DNA from: Planctomycetaceae bacterium
GTDB taxonomy: Bacteria; Planctomycetota; Phycisphaerae; Phycisphaerales; UBA5793
Direction: 5' to 3'
NCBI GenBank assembly: GCA_040255465.1
Contig: JBDZVA010000002.1
Location: forward strand, 346,373 to 410,372
DNA length: 64,000 nt
Position 1 is the first letter of the stretch, and each line of letters begins with the position of its first letter. Made by a program: the position numbers and the translations under genes. The notes beneath the pieces were generated by a model. It made no database searches. It saw only the letters and a program-made list of their open reading frames with translations, and was not told where the DNA came from. Positions 27,216-35,139 of this stretch are shown piece by piece.

Positions 27216-28883
27216 TTACCACTCGGGTCCGCCGCTGTATCGCCCGTAGACGTCGGCCATGGCCTGGACCATTTCGCCGAGGGTGCAGTTGGACTCGGCG
27301 CCGTCAACGAGGCTGGGCATGACGTTTTCGTCGTTGCGAGCCGCTTCGCGGATGGCGTTGAGTGCGGTCTCAACCTTGTGATAGTCGCGGCGCGTCTTGA
27401 ACTCGGCGAGTTGTTTGACCTGATCCGTTTCCACTTTGTGGCCGATCTGAAGGATCTCAACATCGCGCTCTTCGTTCTCATCGACGTAGGCATTGACGCC
27501 GACAATGAGGCGCTCGCCGCGCTCCATTTCCTGGCCGAAGCGATAAGAGGCTTCCGCGATGGAGCGGCGGAAGTAGCCGCGCGTGATGCCGCCGATGACG
27601 CCTCCCATGTCATCTATTTCGTGAATGATCTCGAGTGCGTCTTTCTCCATCTGGTCAGTCAGCGCTTCGACGTAGTACGACCCGCCGAGCGGGTCGGCCG
27701 TTCGCGTGACGCCGGTTTCATGGGCGAGAATCTGCTGGGTCCGAAGCGCGATTGTCACCGCCTGCTCGGTGGGAAGGCCGAGCGTTTCATCCATCGAGTC
27801 GGTGTGCAGGCTCTGGCAACCGCCCAGCACGCCGGCCATCGCCTGATAGGCGACGCGGATGATGTTGTTGTAGGGCTGCTGCTCGGTGAGCGAGCAACCG
27901 GCCGTCTGAACGTGAGTGCGCAGAAGCCACGACCGCGGGTTCCTGGCCTTGTAGCGATCGCGCATCATCTTCGCCCAGATGCGGCGGGCGGCGCGGAGTT
28001 TGCAGATCTCTTCGAAGAACTCGTTGTGACTGTTGAAGAAGAAGGAGAGGCGTGGTGCGAACTCATCGACATCGAGGCCGCGACGGATGCACCACTCAAC
28101 GTACTCCATGCCATCGCGCAAAGTGAAAGCGAGTTCCTGCGTGGCGGTGGAGCCGGCTTCACGGATGTGGTAGCCGGAGATGGAGACGCTGTTCCAGCGC
28201 GGCACGTGCTGAGTCTGGAACTCGATGGTGTCGATGACGAGCTTGGTCGAGGCTTCGGGCGGGTAGATGAATTCGTTCTGGGCGTGGAACTCTTTGAGGA
28301 TGTCGTTCTGGAGCGTGCCGCCGAGTTTGTTCCAGTCGAAGCCGCGCTGGCGGGCCATGGCGAGGTACATCGCCCAGATGATCGCGGCGGGTCCGTTGAT
28401 GGTCTGGCTGACGGTGACATGATCGATCGGAATGTCGGCGTAGAGCCGATGCATGTCTTCGATGGTGTCGATCGCCACGCCGCAGCGGCCGACTTCGCCG
28501 GCCGAGAGCGGATCATCGCTGTCGCGTCCCATCAGCGTCGGCAGGTCAAAGGCGGTGGAGAGGCCGGTGTTGGCGCTCGTGCCGTGGGCCGCCTGGAGCA
28601 GGTACTTGAATCGCTTGTTCGTGTCATCGGCGTTGCCGAAGCCGGCGAACTGCCGCATCGTCCAGAGACGATCGCGATACATGCCGGGATGGATGCCGCG
28701 CGTGTAGGGAAACTGCCCCGGTTCGCCGACGTTGGTGACGTGGTCGCGAGCCTCGGCGGAGTCCGGCCCGTAGACGCGATCAATCACATAGCCGGAGAGA
28801 CTCAGCGCATGTGGATCGACGGATGGCTTGACGGCTTCGGAAATCGAGGTGCTTTGCTTTCCAACGGTGCTCATGTTCGACAA
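27216..28883 (-). CDS. Acyl-CoA (methylmalonyl-CoA-type) mutase large subunit, catalytic domain only
   Basis: [40 protein letters not shown] and [14 protein letters not shown] are collinear with the MCM (beta/alpha)8 substrate domain. At 555 aa it ends before any DxHxxG B12-binding domain. Confidence 0.9.
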   Translation of the reverse strand: MSNMSTVGKQSTSISEAVKPSVDPHALSLSGYVIDRVYGPDSAEARDHVTNVGEPGQFPYTRGIHPGMYRDRLWTMRQFAGFGNADDTNKRFKYLLQAAHGTSANTGLSTAFDLPTLMGRDSDDPLSAGEVGRCGVAIDTIEDMHRLYADIPIDHVTVSQTINGPAAIIWAMYLAMARQRGFDWNKLGGTLQNDILKEFHAQNEFIYPPEASTKLVIDTIEFQTQHVPRWNSVSISGYHIREAGSTATQELAFTLRDGMEYVEWCIRRGLDVDEFAPRLSFFFNSHNEFFEEICKLRAARRIWAKMMRDRYKARNPRSWLLRTHVQTAGCSLTEQQPYNNIIRVAYQAMAGVLGGCQSLHTDSMDETLGLPTEQAVTIALRTQQILAHETGVTRTADPLGGSYYVEALTDQMEKDALEIIHEIDDMGGVIGGITRGYFRRSIAEASYRFGQEMERGERLIVGVNAYVDENEERDVEILQIGHKVETDQVKQLAEFKTRRDYHKVETALNAIREAARNDENVMPSLVDGAESNCTLGEMVQAMADVYGRYSGGPEW

Positions 28884-29020
28884 GCCCTTGCCCGACGTGG
28901 GGGTGGTTTCAGTGAGATCGATAAGACGAGGTATTCTAGACGCTTGGGGACGCCGAACGCTTGCCGGGAACCCGCTTTCCCGTGCAACAGCGGAGGATTC
29001 GGCTACAATCGGGTGAAGTC

Positions 29021-29284
29021 ATGAAACTCATCGTCTTCCATCAACTGCTCATCGCCTCGGCCATCATCTTCATGGTCGGTTACGGGGGATGGGAACTCTA
29101 CGACTACTGGTTCGGCGGGACGGCGGGCCCGGTCAGCGCTGAGGCTGACATCATGGGAGCGACGACGCCGGCCGGCCCGGCCGCGATGTTTACGGGGCTG
29201 GCGATGCTGGTCGGAGCCGGGATTCTCTCGGTCTACCTGTACCGGCTCTATCGCCGGTATGCGGGGCAGATGTCGGGGTTCTGA
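29021..29284 (+). CDS. Hypothetical small membrane protein
   Basis: Two hydrophobic helices (LLIASAIIFMVGYGGW; FTGLAMLVGAGILSVYLY). It lies upstream of nuoD on the same strand. Confidence 0.45.
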   Translation: MKLIVFHQLLIASAIIFMVGYGGWELYDYWFGGTAGPVSAEADIMGATTPAGPAAMFTGLAMLVGAGILSVYLYRLYRRYAGQMSGF

Positions 29285-29386
29285 GTCGATGTCACGCCAC
29301 GATTGAGAACCAGCGCAAGTCTGCACCGCAGGCGTCCTTCCGACCTATGATGCGGCTGCACCGTCCATAGGGAAGTTGAAGCGACC

Positions 29387-30676
29387 ATGCCCTACACGAT
29401 CAAGCCGATCGACGCCATCGAACTCGACGACGAGCGGGTGGACTACCTCAAGGACCATGTGGACACCGGCGACCGCTGGGTGCTCAACTTCGGTCCGCAG
29501 CACCCCGCCACGCACACGACGCTGCGCCTGGTGATGGAACTGGACGGCGAGCGGGTCGTCCGCGTCACGCCGCACATCGGCTACCTGCACTCGGGCTTCG
29601 AAAAGCTCGGCGAGCATCACGACTACAACCAGTATGTCTGTACGGTCAGCCGGATGAACTACATCTCGCCGATCTGCAATGACATCGCGTGGCACGGCGC
29701 GGTGGAGAAGTTATTCGGCATCGAGATCACGCCGCGCTGCAAGGTGCTGCGGACGATTATGCACGAGATCGGGCGCATCCAGGACCACCTGCTGTGCGTC
29801 GGTGCTGCGGCGCTGGACCTCGGAGCGTTTACCGGTTTCCTCTACGGCTTCAACCAGCGCGAACGCATCAACGACATCTGCGATTACATCTGCGGCCAGC
29901 GGTTTCATCCGGACTGGACGCGAGTCGGCGGCCTCATGCATGATCTGCCCGACGAAAGTACATTCAAGACGCTTATCAAGCGGTTCATCAATGACGAACT
30001 GCCGCCGGCGCTGGATGACATCGAGACGCTGCTCAATCGCAACCGCATCTTCCTTGATCGCACGCAGGGCATCGGGGCCATCTCGAAGGAGGACGCGATT
30101 GCGTGGAGCCTGTCAGGACCTGTGGCGCGCTCGGCCGGGGTGCGGCGCGACATTCGCAAAGATGAGCCGTACCTGTGCTTTGCGGACAACTGGGATGGCC
30201 AAGGGGCCGAGGCGGTCAAATTCAAGGTCGCGGTGATGAGCGAAGGTGACGTGTTCAGCCGCTACTACGTGCGTCTGTTCGAGATGCGGCAGTCGGTCGA
30301 GATCATCCGGCAACTCATCGACCACATGCCCGGCGGGTCGGTGGATACATACGCCGATGGCAAGTTTGTCAAGCCTGACAAGAGCCAGGTGTACGGGTCA
30401 ATCGAAGGGTTGATTCAGCACTTTGAACTCGTCATGACCAATCGCGGCTGGAAGGCGCCGGTCGCGGAGTGCTACGCGTGCCAGGAATCGCCGAACGGGG
30501 AACTGGGGTACTACATCGTGGCCGATGGAGGGCCGCGTGCGTGGCGGGCGCGGACGCGGCCGCCGTCGTTCATCAACTACCAGTCGTTTTCGAAGATGCT
30601 CGAGGGCCATCTGCTGAGCGACTCGGTGGCGATTCTCGGCAGCCTGAACATCATTGCGGCGGAACTCGATCGTTGA
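29387..30676 (+). CDS. nuoD: NADH-quinone oxidoreductase subunit D
   Basis: LNFGPQHPATHTTLRLVMELDGE, GYLHSGFEKL and C-terminal LGSLNIIAAELDR are 49-kDa subunit hallmarks. It is not fused to NuoC. Confidence 0.95.
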   Translation: MPYTIKPIDAIELDDERVDYLKDHVDTGDRWVLNFGPQHPATHTTLRLVMELDGERVVRVTPHIGYLHSGFEKLGEHHDYNQYVCTVSRMNYISPICNDIAWHGAVEKLFGIEITPRCKVLRTIMHEIGRIQDHLLCVGAAALDLGAFTGFLYGFNQRERINDICDYICGQRFHPDWTRVGGLMHDLPDESTFKTLIKRFINDELPPALDDIETLLNRNRIFLDRTQGIGAISKEDAIAWSLSGPVARSAGVRRDIRKDEPYLCFADNWDGQGAEAVKFKVAVMSEGDVFSRYYVRLFEMRQSVEIIRQLIDHMPGGSVDTYADGKFVKPDKSQVYGSIEGLIQHFELVMTNRGWKAPVAECYACQESPNGELGYYIVADGGPRAWRARTRPPSFINYQSFSKMLEGHLLSDSVAILGSLNIIAAELDR

Positions 30677-30690
30677 GATAGGAACAGTCG

Positions 30691-31236
30691 ATGGCGTGGA
30701 TCACGAAGAATTCGGCAACGATGACGATCGAGCGGCGGGAGCAGCCTTGTCTCACGGATGAGATGAAGGCTGATATGAGCAAGCGGCTGCTGCCCCGGTA
30801 CGAAACGAAGATGGGTGCGCTGCTGCCGGTGCTGCACGAGGTGCAGGAGCACGTGGGGTACCTGCCGCACCAGGCGCTTCAGGAGGTGGCGGAGTTTCTC
30901 GAGCTCACCCCGGCTGAGGTGCTGGACACCGCATCTTTCTACGAGGAGTATCACTTCTCGCCGGTGGGCAAGTATGTCATCGGCGTGTGCCAGTCGATCG
31001 CCTGCGAGGCGTGCGGGCACCAGCCGATCGTCGATCACCTGCGCAAGAAACTCGGCATCGAGCCGCACGAGACGACCAGTGATGGGCTCTTCACGCTGCT
31101 GTGCATGGAATGCCTCGGTTCGTGCGACACGGCTCCTTGTGCACTGGTGAACGAGGACCGGCATGACCTGATCAGCATCGAGCAGATGGATCAGATGATC
31201 GATGAAATCCGCGCCCGCGAGGGTGGACAGGGTTGA
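30691..31236 (+). CDS. nuoE: NADH-quinone oxidoreductase subunit E (24-kDa, 2Fe-2S)
   Basis: LLPVLHEVQEHVGYLP is followed by the four-Cys pattern CQSIACEACG ... CLGSCDTAPC. It starts 14 nt after nuoD. Confidence 0.9.
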   Translation: MAWITKNSATMTIERREQPCLTDEMKADMSKRLLPRYETKMGALLPVLHEVQEHVGYLPHQALQEVAEFLELTPAEVLDTASFYEEYHFSPVGKYVIGVCQSIACEACGHQPIVDHLRKKLGIEPHETTSDGLFTLLCMECLGSCDTAPCALVNEDRHDLISIEQMDQMIDEIRAREGGQG

Positions 31237-31237
31237 G

Positions 31238-31429
31238 ATGCCCCAGCGCGAGCCGAACAAGCCGCTGATGCGCTCGATCGGCGAGTTCTTCGGGCACATT
31301 CTCAAGGCTATTGGCCAGGACGTGAGCAAGGACCGGCGGATCATCGAGTCGGAGCATCGTGAGGAGAAACGCGGCACGACGGTGATCCGCGAGACCCGCA
31401 TTCGCGAGATCGAGGTGCGGGATGAGTAG
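31238..31429 (+). CDS. Hypothetical 63-aa charged protein
   Basis: The ATG is 1 nt after the nuoE stop. The product is highly charged (REEKRGTTVIRETRIREIEVRDE). Support comes only from its position and the tight coupling. Confidence 0.35.
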   Translation: MPQREPNKPLMRSIGEFFGHILKAIGQDVSKDRRIIESEHREEKRGTTVIRETRIREIEVRDE

Positions 31430-31634
31430 CCATGCGAGGCTTAATACGCGGCAGGTGCTGGCGAGGCTGGGGATCGCCGCAGTGCTGTGGTTCGGCGGGG
31501 GCGTGGTGACGTCGCGGTTGCTGGGAATGGCGGCGGTGGATTCGGTCGCGTTCCTGCTGTGTCTTGGTGTGGTGTTCCTGCTGGGGTCGGTTTTCTTTGC
31601 CGCGGTGTATGGGCCCAGGGGCGAATCCGAATAA
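31422..31634 (+). CDS. Hypothetical 70-aa membrane protein
   Basis: Overlaps the previous ORF by 8 nt. Two hydrophobic helices (LGIAAVLWFGGGVV; VAFLLCLGVVFLLGSVFFAAV). Confidence 0.4.
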   Translation: MSSHARLNTRQVLARLGIAAVLWFGGGVVTSRLLGMAAVDSVAFLLCLGVVFLLGSVFFAAVYGPRGESE

Positions 31635-31644
31635 GGGAGACGTG

Positions 31645-32217
31645 ATGATCCCGGTGTTTATCGTTGGCTTCGTCGTGGTGCTCATTCCCGTGGTGTATTT
31701 CTTCGCGATCTACAATCGCCTGGTGAGCCTGCGTCAAATCGTGCGGGAGAGTTGGTCGGACGTCGACGTGGAACTAAAGCGGCGCTATGACTTGATTCCA
31801 AACCTCGTCAACACGGTGAGGGGTTACGCCGCACATGAAAGGGAGACGCTTGAGAAGGTAATCGCGTTGCGCAACGCCGCGGAAGCCAACCATGGAGACG
31901 TAGCGTCGCAGGCAAGCGACGAAAACAGACTAATGATGGGGGTAAAGCAACTCTTCGCGGTCGTTGAGAACTACCCAGAACTCAAGGCCGATGCTCACTT
32001 TCTCCAATTGCAGTACGAACTTGCCCTTACAGAGGACCGCATCGCAGCCTCTCGGCGATTCTTTAACGCGAATACACGCGAGATGCGGCAGCTATGCGAG
32101 ACCGTGCCGTCCAGCCTAGTGGCGTCGATTGCCAACATCCGACCTGGAACTTACTTCGAACTGAGCAGCGAAGCGGAGCGGGTGACGCCGCGGGTGGAGA
32201 TGGGGACGGCTCAATAG
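31645..32217 (+). CDS. LemA family protein (copy 1)
   Basis: An N-terminal TM helix is followed by YNRLVSLRQIVRESWSDVDVELKRRYDLIPNLVNTV and ENYPELKA, the LemA signature. It uses more A/T-ending codons than its neighbours. It starts 10 nt after the previous ORF. Confidence 0.85.
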   Translation: MIPVFIVGFVVVLIPVVYFFAIYNRLVSLRQIVRESWSDVDVELKRRYDLIPNLVNTVRGYAAHERETLEKVIALRNAAEANHGDVASQASDENRLMMGVKQLFAVVENYPELKADAHFLQLQYELALTEDRIAASRRFFNANTREMRQLCETVPSSLVASIANIRPGTYFELSSEAERVTPRVEMGTAQ

Positions 32218-33344
32218 GTGTTGTGCTTGCGAATTGCGGGCCGAGTATCTCGCAGCCGCGTGAACATGCTTGCGATGCGATCGCCGGTCCGGCCATCCCC
32301 GTATGGGTGGTTGCCGGACACGTCGTGATCCAGTACCTGCTGGATTGCAGTTTCGACGTCGTTTTGAGAGGCGCTCGCCGCGTCGATAGCGTTTGATGCT
32401 CGTTCGCGCCCTGCTTGACGAGGCCCGACGTTGACGACGCGTAGTCCAAGTGCCGCGGCTTCAATGAGGCCGGCGGATGAGTTGCCGATGAGAAGACTCG
32501 CTCGTTTAAGCAGGCCGATGAACTGCTCGCGAGGCAGGTGGGGGAGCATTCGGCGATCGCCGATGGCGCGGAGGATGGCCGGGCGGCCGGGGTCGTGGTT
32601 GGGGGCGCCGATGGCGAAGTTGCCTTCGAAGGCCGCATCCGTGGCAACAAGGATCGCCGACATCGTGTTGAACTCGATCGCGTCTTCGAGGCCGGTCGGG
32701 TGGTGGAGGACGATCGCAAAGTCGCGCGATGGGTCGAGATGCAGGGCGCGGAGTTGATCGTCGGTGAGCGGTTCGAACGATGCGAGGTCGTCGACGGCGG
32801 GGGAGCCGACGAGATGAATGGAATCTTCGCGTTCGCCCATTCTCCGGATGCGTTCAGCACTTTGCTCGGTGGCCGGGAAGTGGATGTGGGCGAGCTTGGT
32901 GATGGCGTGACGCATCGCTTCGTCGGCGACGCCTTCGGCCCGGTCGCCGCCGTGGACGTGGGCGACGAGGAAGCCGGCGACGCTGGCGGCGGAGGCGGCG
33001 GCGAAGGCTTCGATGCGGTCGCCGAGGACAAGCACGACATCGGGTTTGAGTTCATCGAAGGCTTGCGCGAGACCAGTGATGCCTCGACCGAGTGCGATGG
33101 CGTCGGCGGTGCGGCCGGTCTCGCCGGGCTGCTGCATGGAGATCTCTGCGGCGATGTCGAACTCGGCGGCGACTTCATTGCGCGTATTAACTTCGGGTAG
33201 CAGGTGGGCGCCTGTGACGATTACTTGCAGTTGAAGCGATGAGGTCGCGGCGATGGCGCGCATAATTGGGCGGAGCAGGCCATAGTCGGCGCGGCAGCCG
33301 GTGACGACGGCGATGGTGCACGAAGTAGTCGACTCGGTCATCAC
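32211..33344 (-). CDS. neuC: UDP-N-acetylglucosamine 2-epimerase (hydrolysing), NeuC-type
   Basis: VVTGCRADYGLLRPIM, VLGDRIE and HVHGGDRAEGVADEAMRHAITKLAHIHF match the NeuC/LegG-type hydrolysing epimerase. The start overlaps the neuB stop (ATGA). Confidence 0.85.
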   Translation of the reverse strand: MMTESTTSCTIAVVTGCRADYGLLRPIMRAIAATSSLQLQVIVTGAHLLPEVNTRNEVAAEFDIAAEISMQQPGETGRTADAIALGRGITGLAQAFDELKPDVVLVLGDRIEAFAAASAASVAGFLVAHVHGGDRAEGVADEAMRHAITKLAHIHFPATEQSAERIRRMGEREDSIHLVGSPAVDDLASFEPLTDDQLRALHLDPSRDFAIVLHHPTGLEDAIEFNTMSAILVATDAAFEGNFAIGAPNHDPGRPAILRAIGDRRMLPHLPREQFIGLLKRASLLIGNSSAGLIEAAALGLRVVNVGPRQAGRERASNAIDAASASQNDVETAIQQVLDHDVSGNHPYGDGRTGDRIASMFTRLRDTRPAIRKHNTY

Positions 33345-34387
33345 GCACCACCTTCGAGGTCATCAGTGGTGAGCGGTGTGTCGGCGGCGACGCTTCGTGC
33401 GAGTTTGCGGCCGGGCAGCTGAGTGAGCATTGCCGGGGGCAGGCCGGTGCCGGGGCGTTTGATGGTGAGGTCGTCGCGCGTGAGCGTCGCGCCGGCTTTC
33501 AATTCGCGCGTGATTGTGACACTCTGACGGCTGACGGTTCGCACATCCTGCTCGATCGCCTGCACCATGACGCGCGGCTCACCAAGCATCGATCGGGCGC
33601 GGCGGGCCTGCCCGACATACCGCGCAAACTGGCCGGGGTCGAGGGAAGCGGCGTGATCGGGGCCGCGCGCGGTGCGATCCCACGTGAGATGTTTCTCGAG
33701 CACGGTGGCGCCGCATGCGACGGCGAGAGCGCCGGTGTCGATCGAGGTGGTGTGGTCGGAGTAGCCGATGGGGATATCGCGGCCGTCGGCGGCAGTTGCC
33801 GCGAGTCGCGCGAGAGGGCCGATGCCGGCCAGTTGTGCGTTTTCATCGGGTGTGGGATAGGCGCTCACGCAGTGCAGCACGATGTGGCCGAATCGGGCGA
33901 GGGCGGCGGCGATTTCATCTGCGTTGGCGGCGCCGGTGCTGAGAATGAGCGGCTTGCTTGCGGCGGCGAGCGCTTCGAGCAGCGGGGTGTTGATGATGTC
34001 AGGCGAGGCGGTCTTGAGGGCATCCCACTGCAGTTCGGTGGCGAGGTTGGTGTGTTCGAGACTGAAGATCGAGACGATCGCGTGGAGATCGAGGGAGTGG
34101 GCGTAGCGGACGATCTCGGCCATGGCGTCGCGATTGAGCTGCAGGCCGCGAAGCATTTCGATGGGGTCGGTTTCACCAGCCTGCTGCTGGTAGGTCGCAA
34201 GGCGGCGGGCGCTGCTCATGAGCGATTCGGCTTCGAAGTACTGCACCTTTATGGCGTCGGCGCCGGCTTTGTGTGCCGCCTCGATGAGTTGCAGGGCGCG
34301 CTGGGTGGAGCCGTCGTGGTTGACACCGATCTCGGCGATGATGTAGGGCGGCTGGTCGCGGCCGATGGGGCGATCACCGATGCGCAT
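33341..34387 (-). CDS. neuB: N-acetylneuraminate (nonulosonate) synthase
   Basis: PYIIAEIGVNHDGS, GADAIKVQ, HCVSAYPTP and YSDHT, followed by a C-terminal SAF/antifreeze-like domain (LTRDDLTIKRPGTGL). Confidence 0.9.
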   Translation of the reverse strand: MRIGDRPIGRDQPPYIIAEIGVNHDGSTQRALQLIEAAHKAGADAIKVQYFEAESLMSSARRLATYQQQAGETDPIEMLRGLQLNRDAMAEIVRYAHSLDLHAIVSIFSLEHTNLATELQWDALKTASPDIINTPLLEALAAASKPLILSTGAANADEIAAALARFGHIVLHCVSAYPTPDENAQLAGIGPLARLAATAADGRDIPIGYSDHTTSIDTGALAVACGATVLEKHLTWDRTARGPDHAASLDPGQFARYVGQARRARSMLGEPRVMVQAIEQDVRTVSRQSVTITRELKAGATLTRDDLTIKRPGTGLPPAMLTQLPGRKLARSVAADTPLTTDDLEGGA

Positions 34388-35123
34388 AGCGTGTGGTCTC
34401 GGAAGCGCCGTCGCCGGCTGTCTCGGTGAGCATCAGTTGGGCGAGGAGGAAGTCCATGCGATTGTCGACATCGACGACTTCGCCGGCCTGGTTGTGTATG
34501 CCGCGCCGATCGGCGCCGAGAAAGGCGTGCGGCTGACCTTCGATCACGTGGTACAGATTCTCGCGGCGCACGGCGATCACGCCGCCATCGGGGATGAAGA
34601 GCGGTGGGAGATCCTGCCGTCGGTAGACGGTGTTGGCGACGTAGGGTTCAACGCGACCGGCCTCGTCGATCTTCACTTCCCAGTAGGGATGGTACTTGCC
34701 GACGGGCGCGTAGCTCTGCACGGAATCAGCGCCGGACTCGATGAGCAGCCGGACGGCGCGATCGATCAGGCCGAATGGTCGAATGGGCACATTGGCATAG
34801 AGGATGACGGCGAGGGGGGCTGCGTCGTCGAGCAAGGCGTGGCGGGCGGCGGCGTCGACGGTCGCGTGATCGCTGGCCAGTTCTGCGGGGCGGTCGATGA
34901 CTTCCACGCCTTCGTTTCGCGCCGCTTGAGCGACGTGCGGGCAATCCGTGGAAACCAGAACTCGGGTGACTGTGGAGGCGGCGCGGGTGTGGGCGATGGA
35001 GTGAACGACCATGGGGCGACCGGCGAGGAGCATGGCATTCTTGCCGGGCAGACCCTTGCTGCCGGCGCGGCCGAGGATGACGGCGGTGGCTTGCGGTTTG
35101 GTGTTGGACCGATGGTTGGTCAT
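34374..35123 (-). CDS. neuA: Acylneuraminate cytidylyltransferase (CMP-sialic acid synthetase)
   Basis: AVILGRAGSKGLPGKNAMLLAGRPMV is the CMP-NeuAc/KDO synthetase N-terminal motif. Size and remaining motifs are consistent. It overlaps neuB by 14 nt. Confidence 0.85.
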   Translation of the reverse strand: MTNHRSNTKPQATAVILGRAGSKGLPGKNAMLLAGRPMVVHSIAHTRAASTVTRVLVSTDCPHVAQAARNEGVEVIDRPAELASDHATVDAAARHALLDDAAPLAVILYANVPIRPFGLIDRAVRLLIESGADSVQSYAPVGKYHPYWEVKIDEAGRVEPYVANTVYRRQDLPPLFIPDGGVIAVRRENLYHVIEGQPHAFLGADRRGIHNQAGEVVDVDNRMDFLLAQLMLTETAGDGASETTRYAHR

Positions 35124-35139
35124 GCGTGTCCCAATGCTC

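Noticed and set aside
28884-29020. A possible cobalamin riboswitch upstream of the B12-dependent mutase gene.
   Set aside because: The leader is only about 135 nt, and I could not find a B12-box-like core or the multi-stem architecture. It is too short for that riboswitch class.
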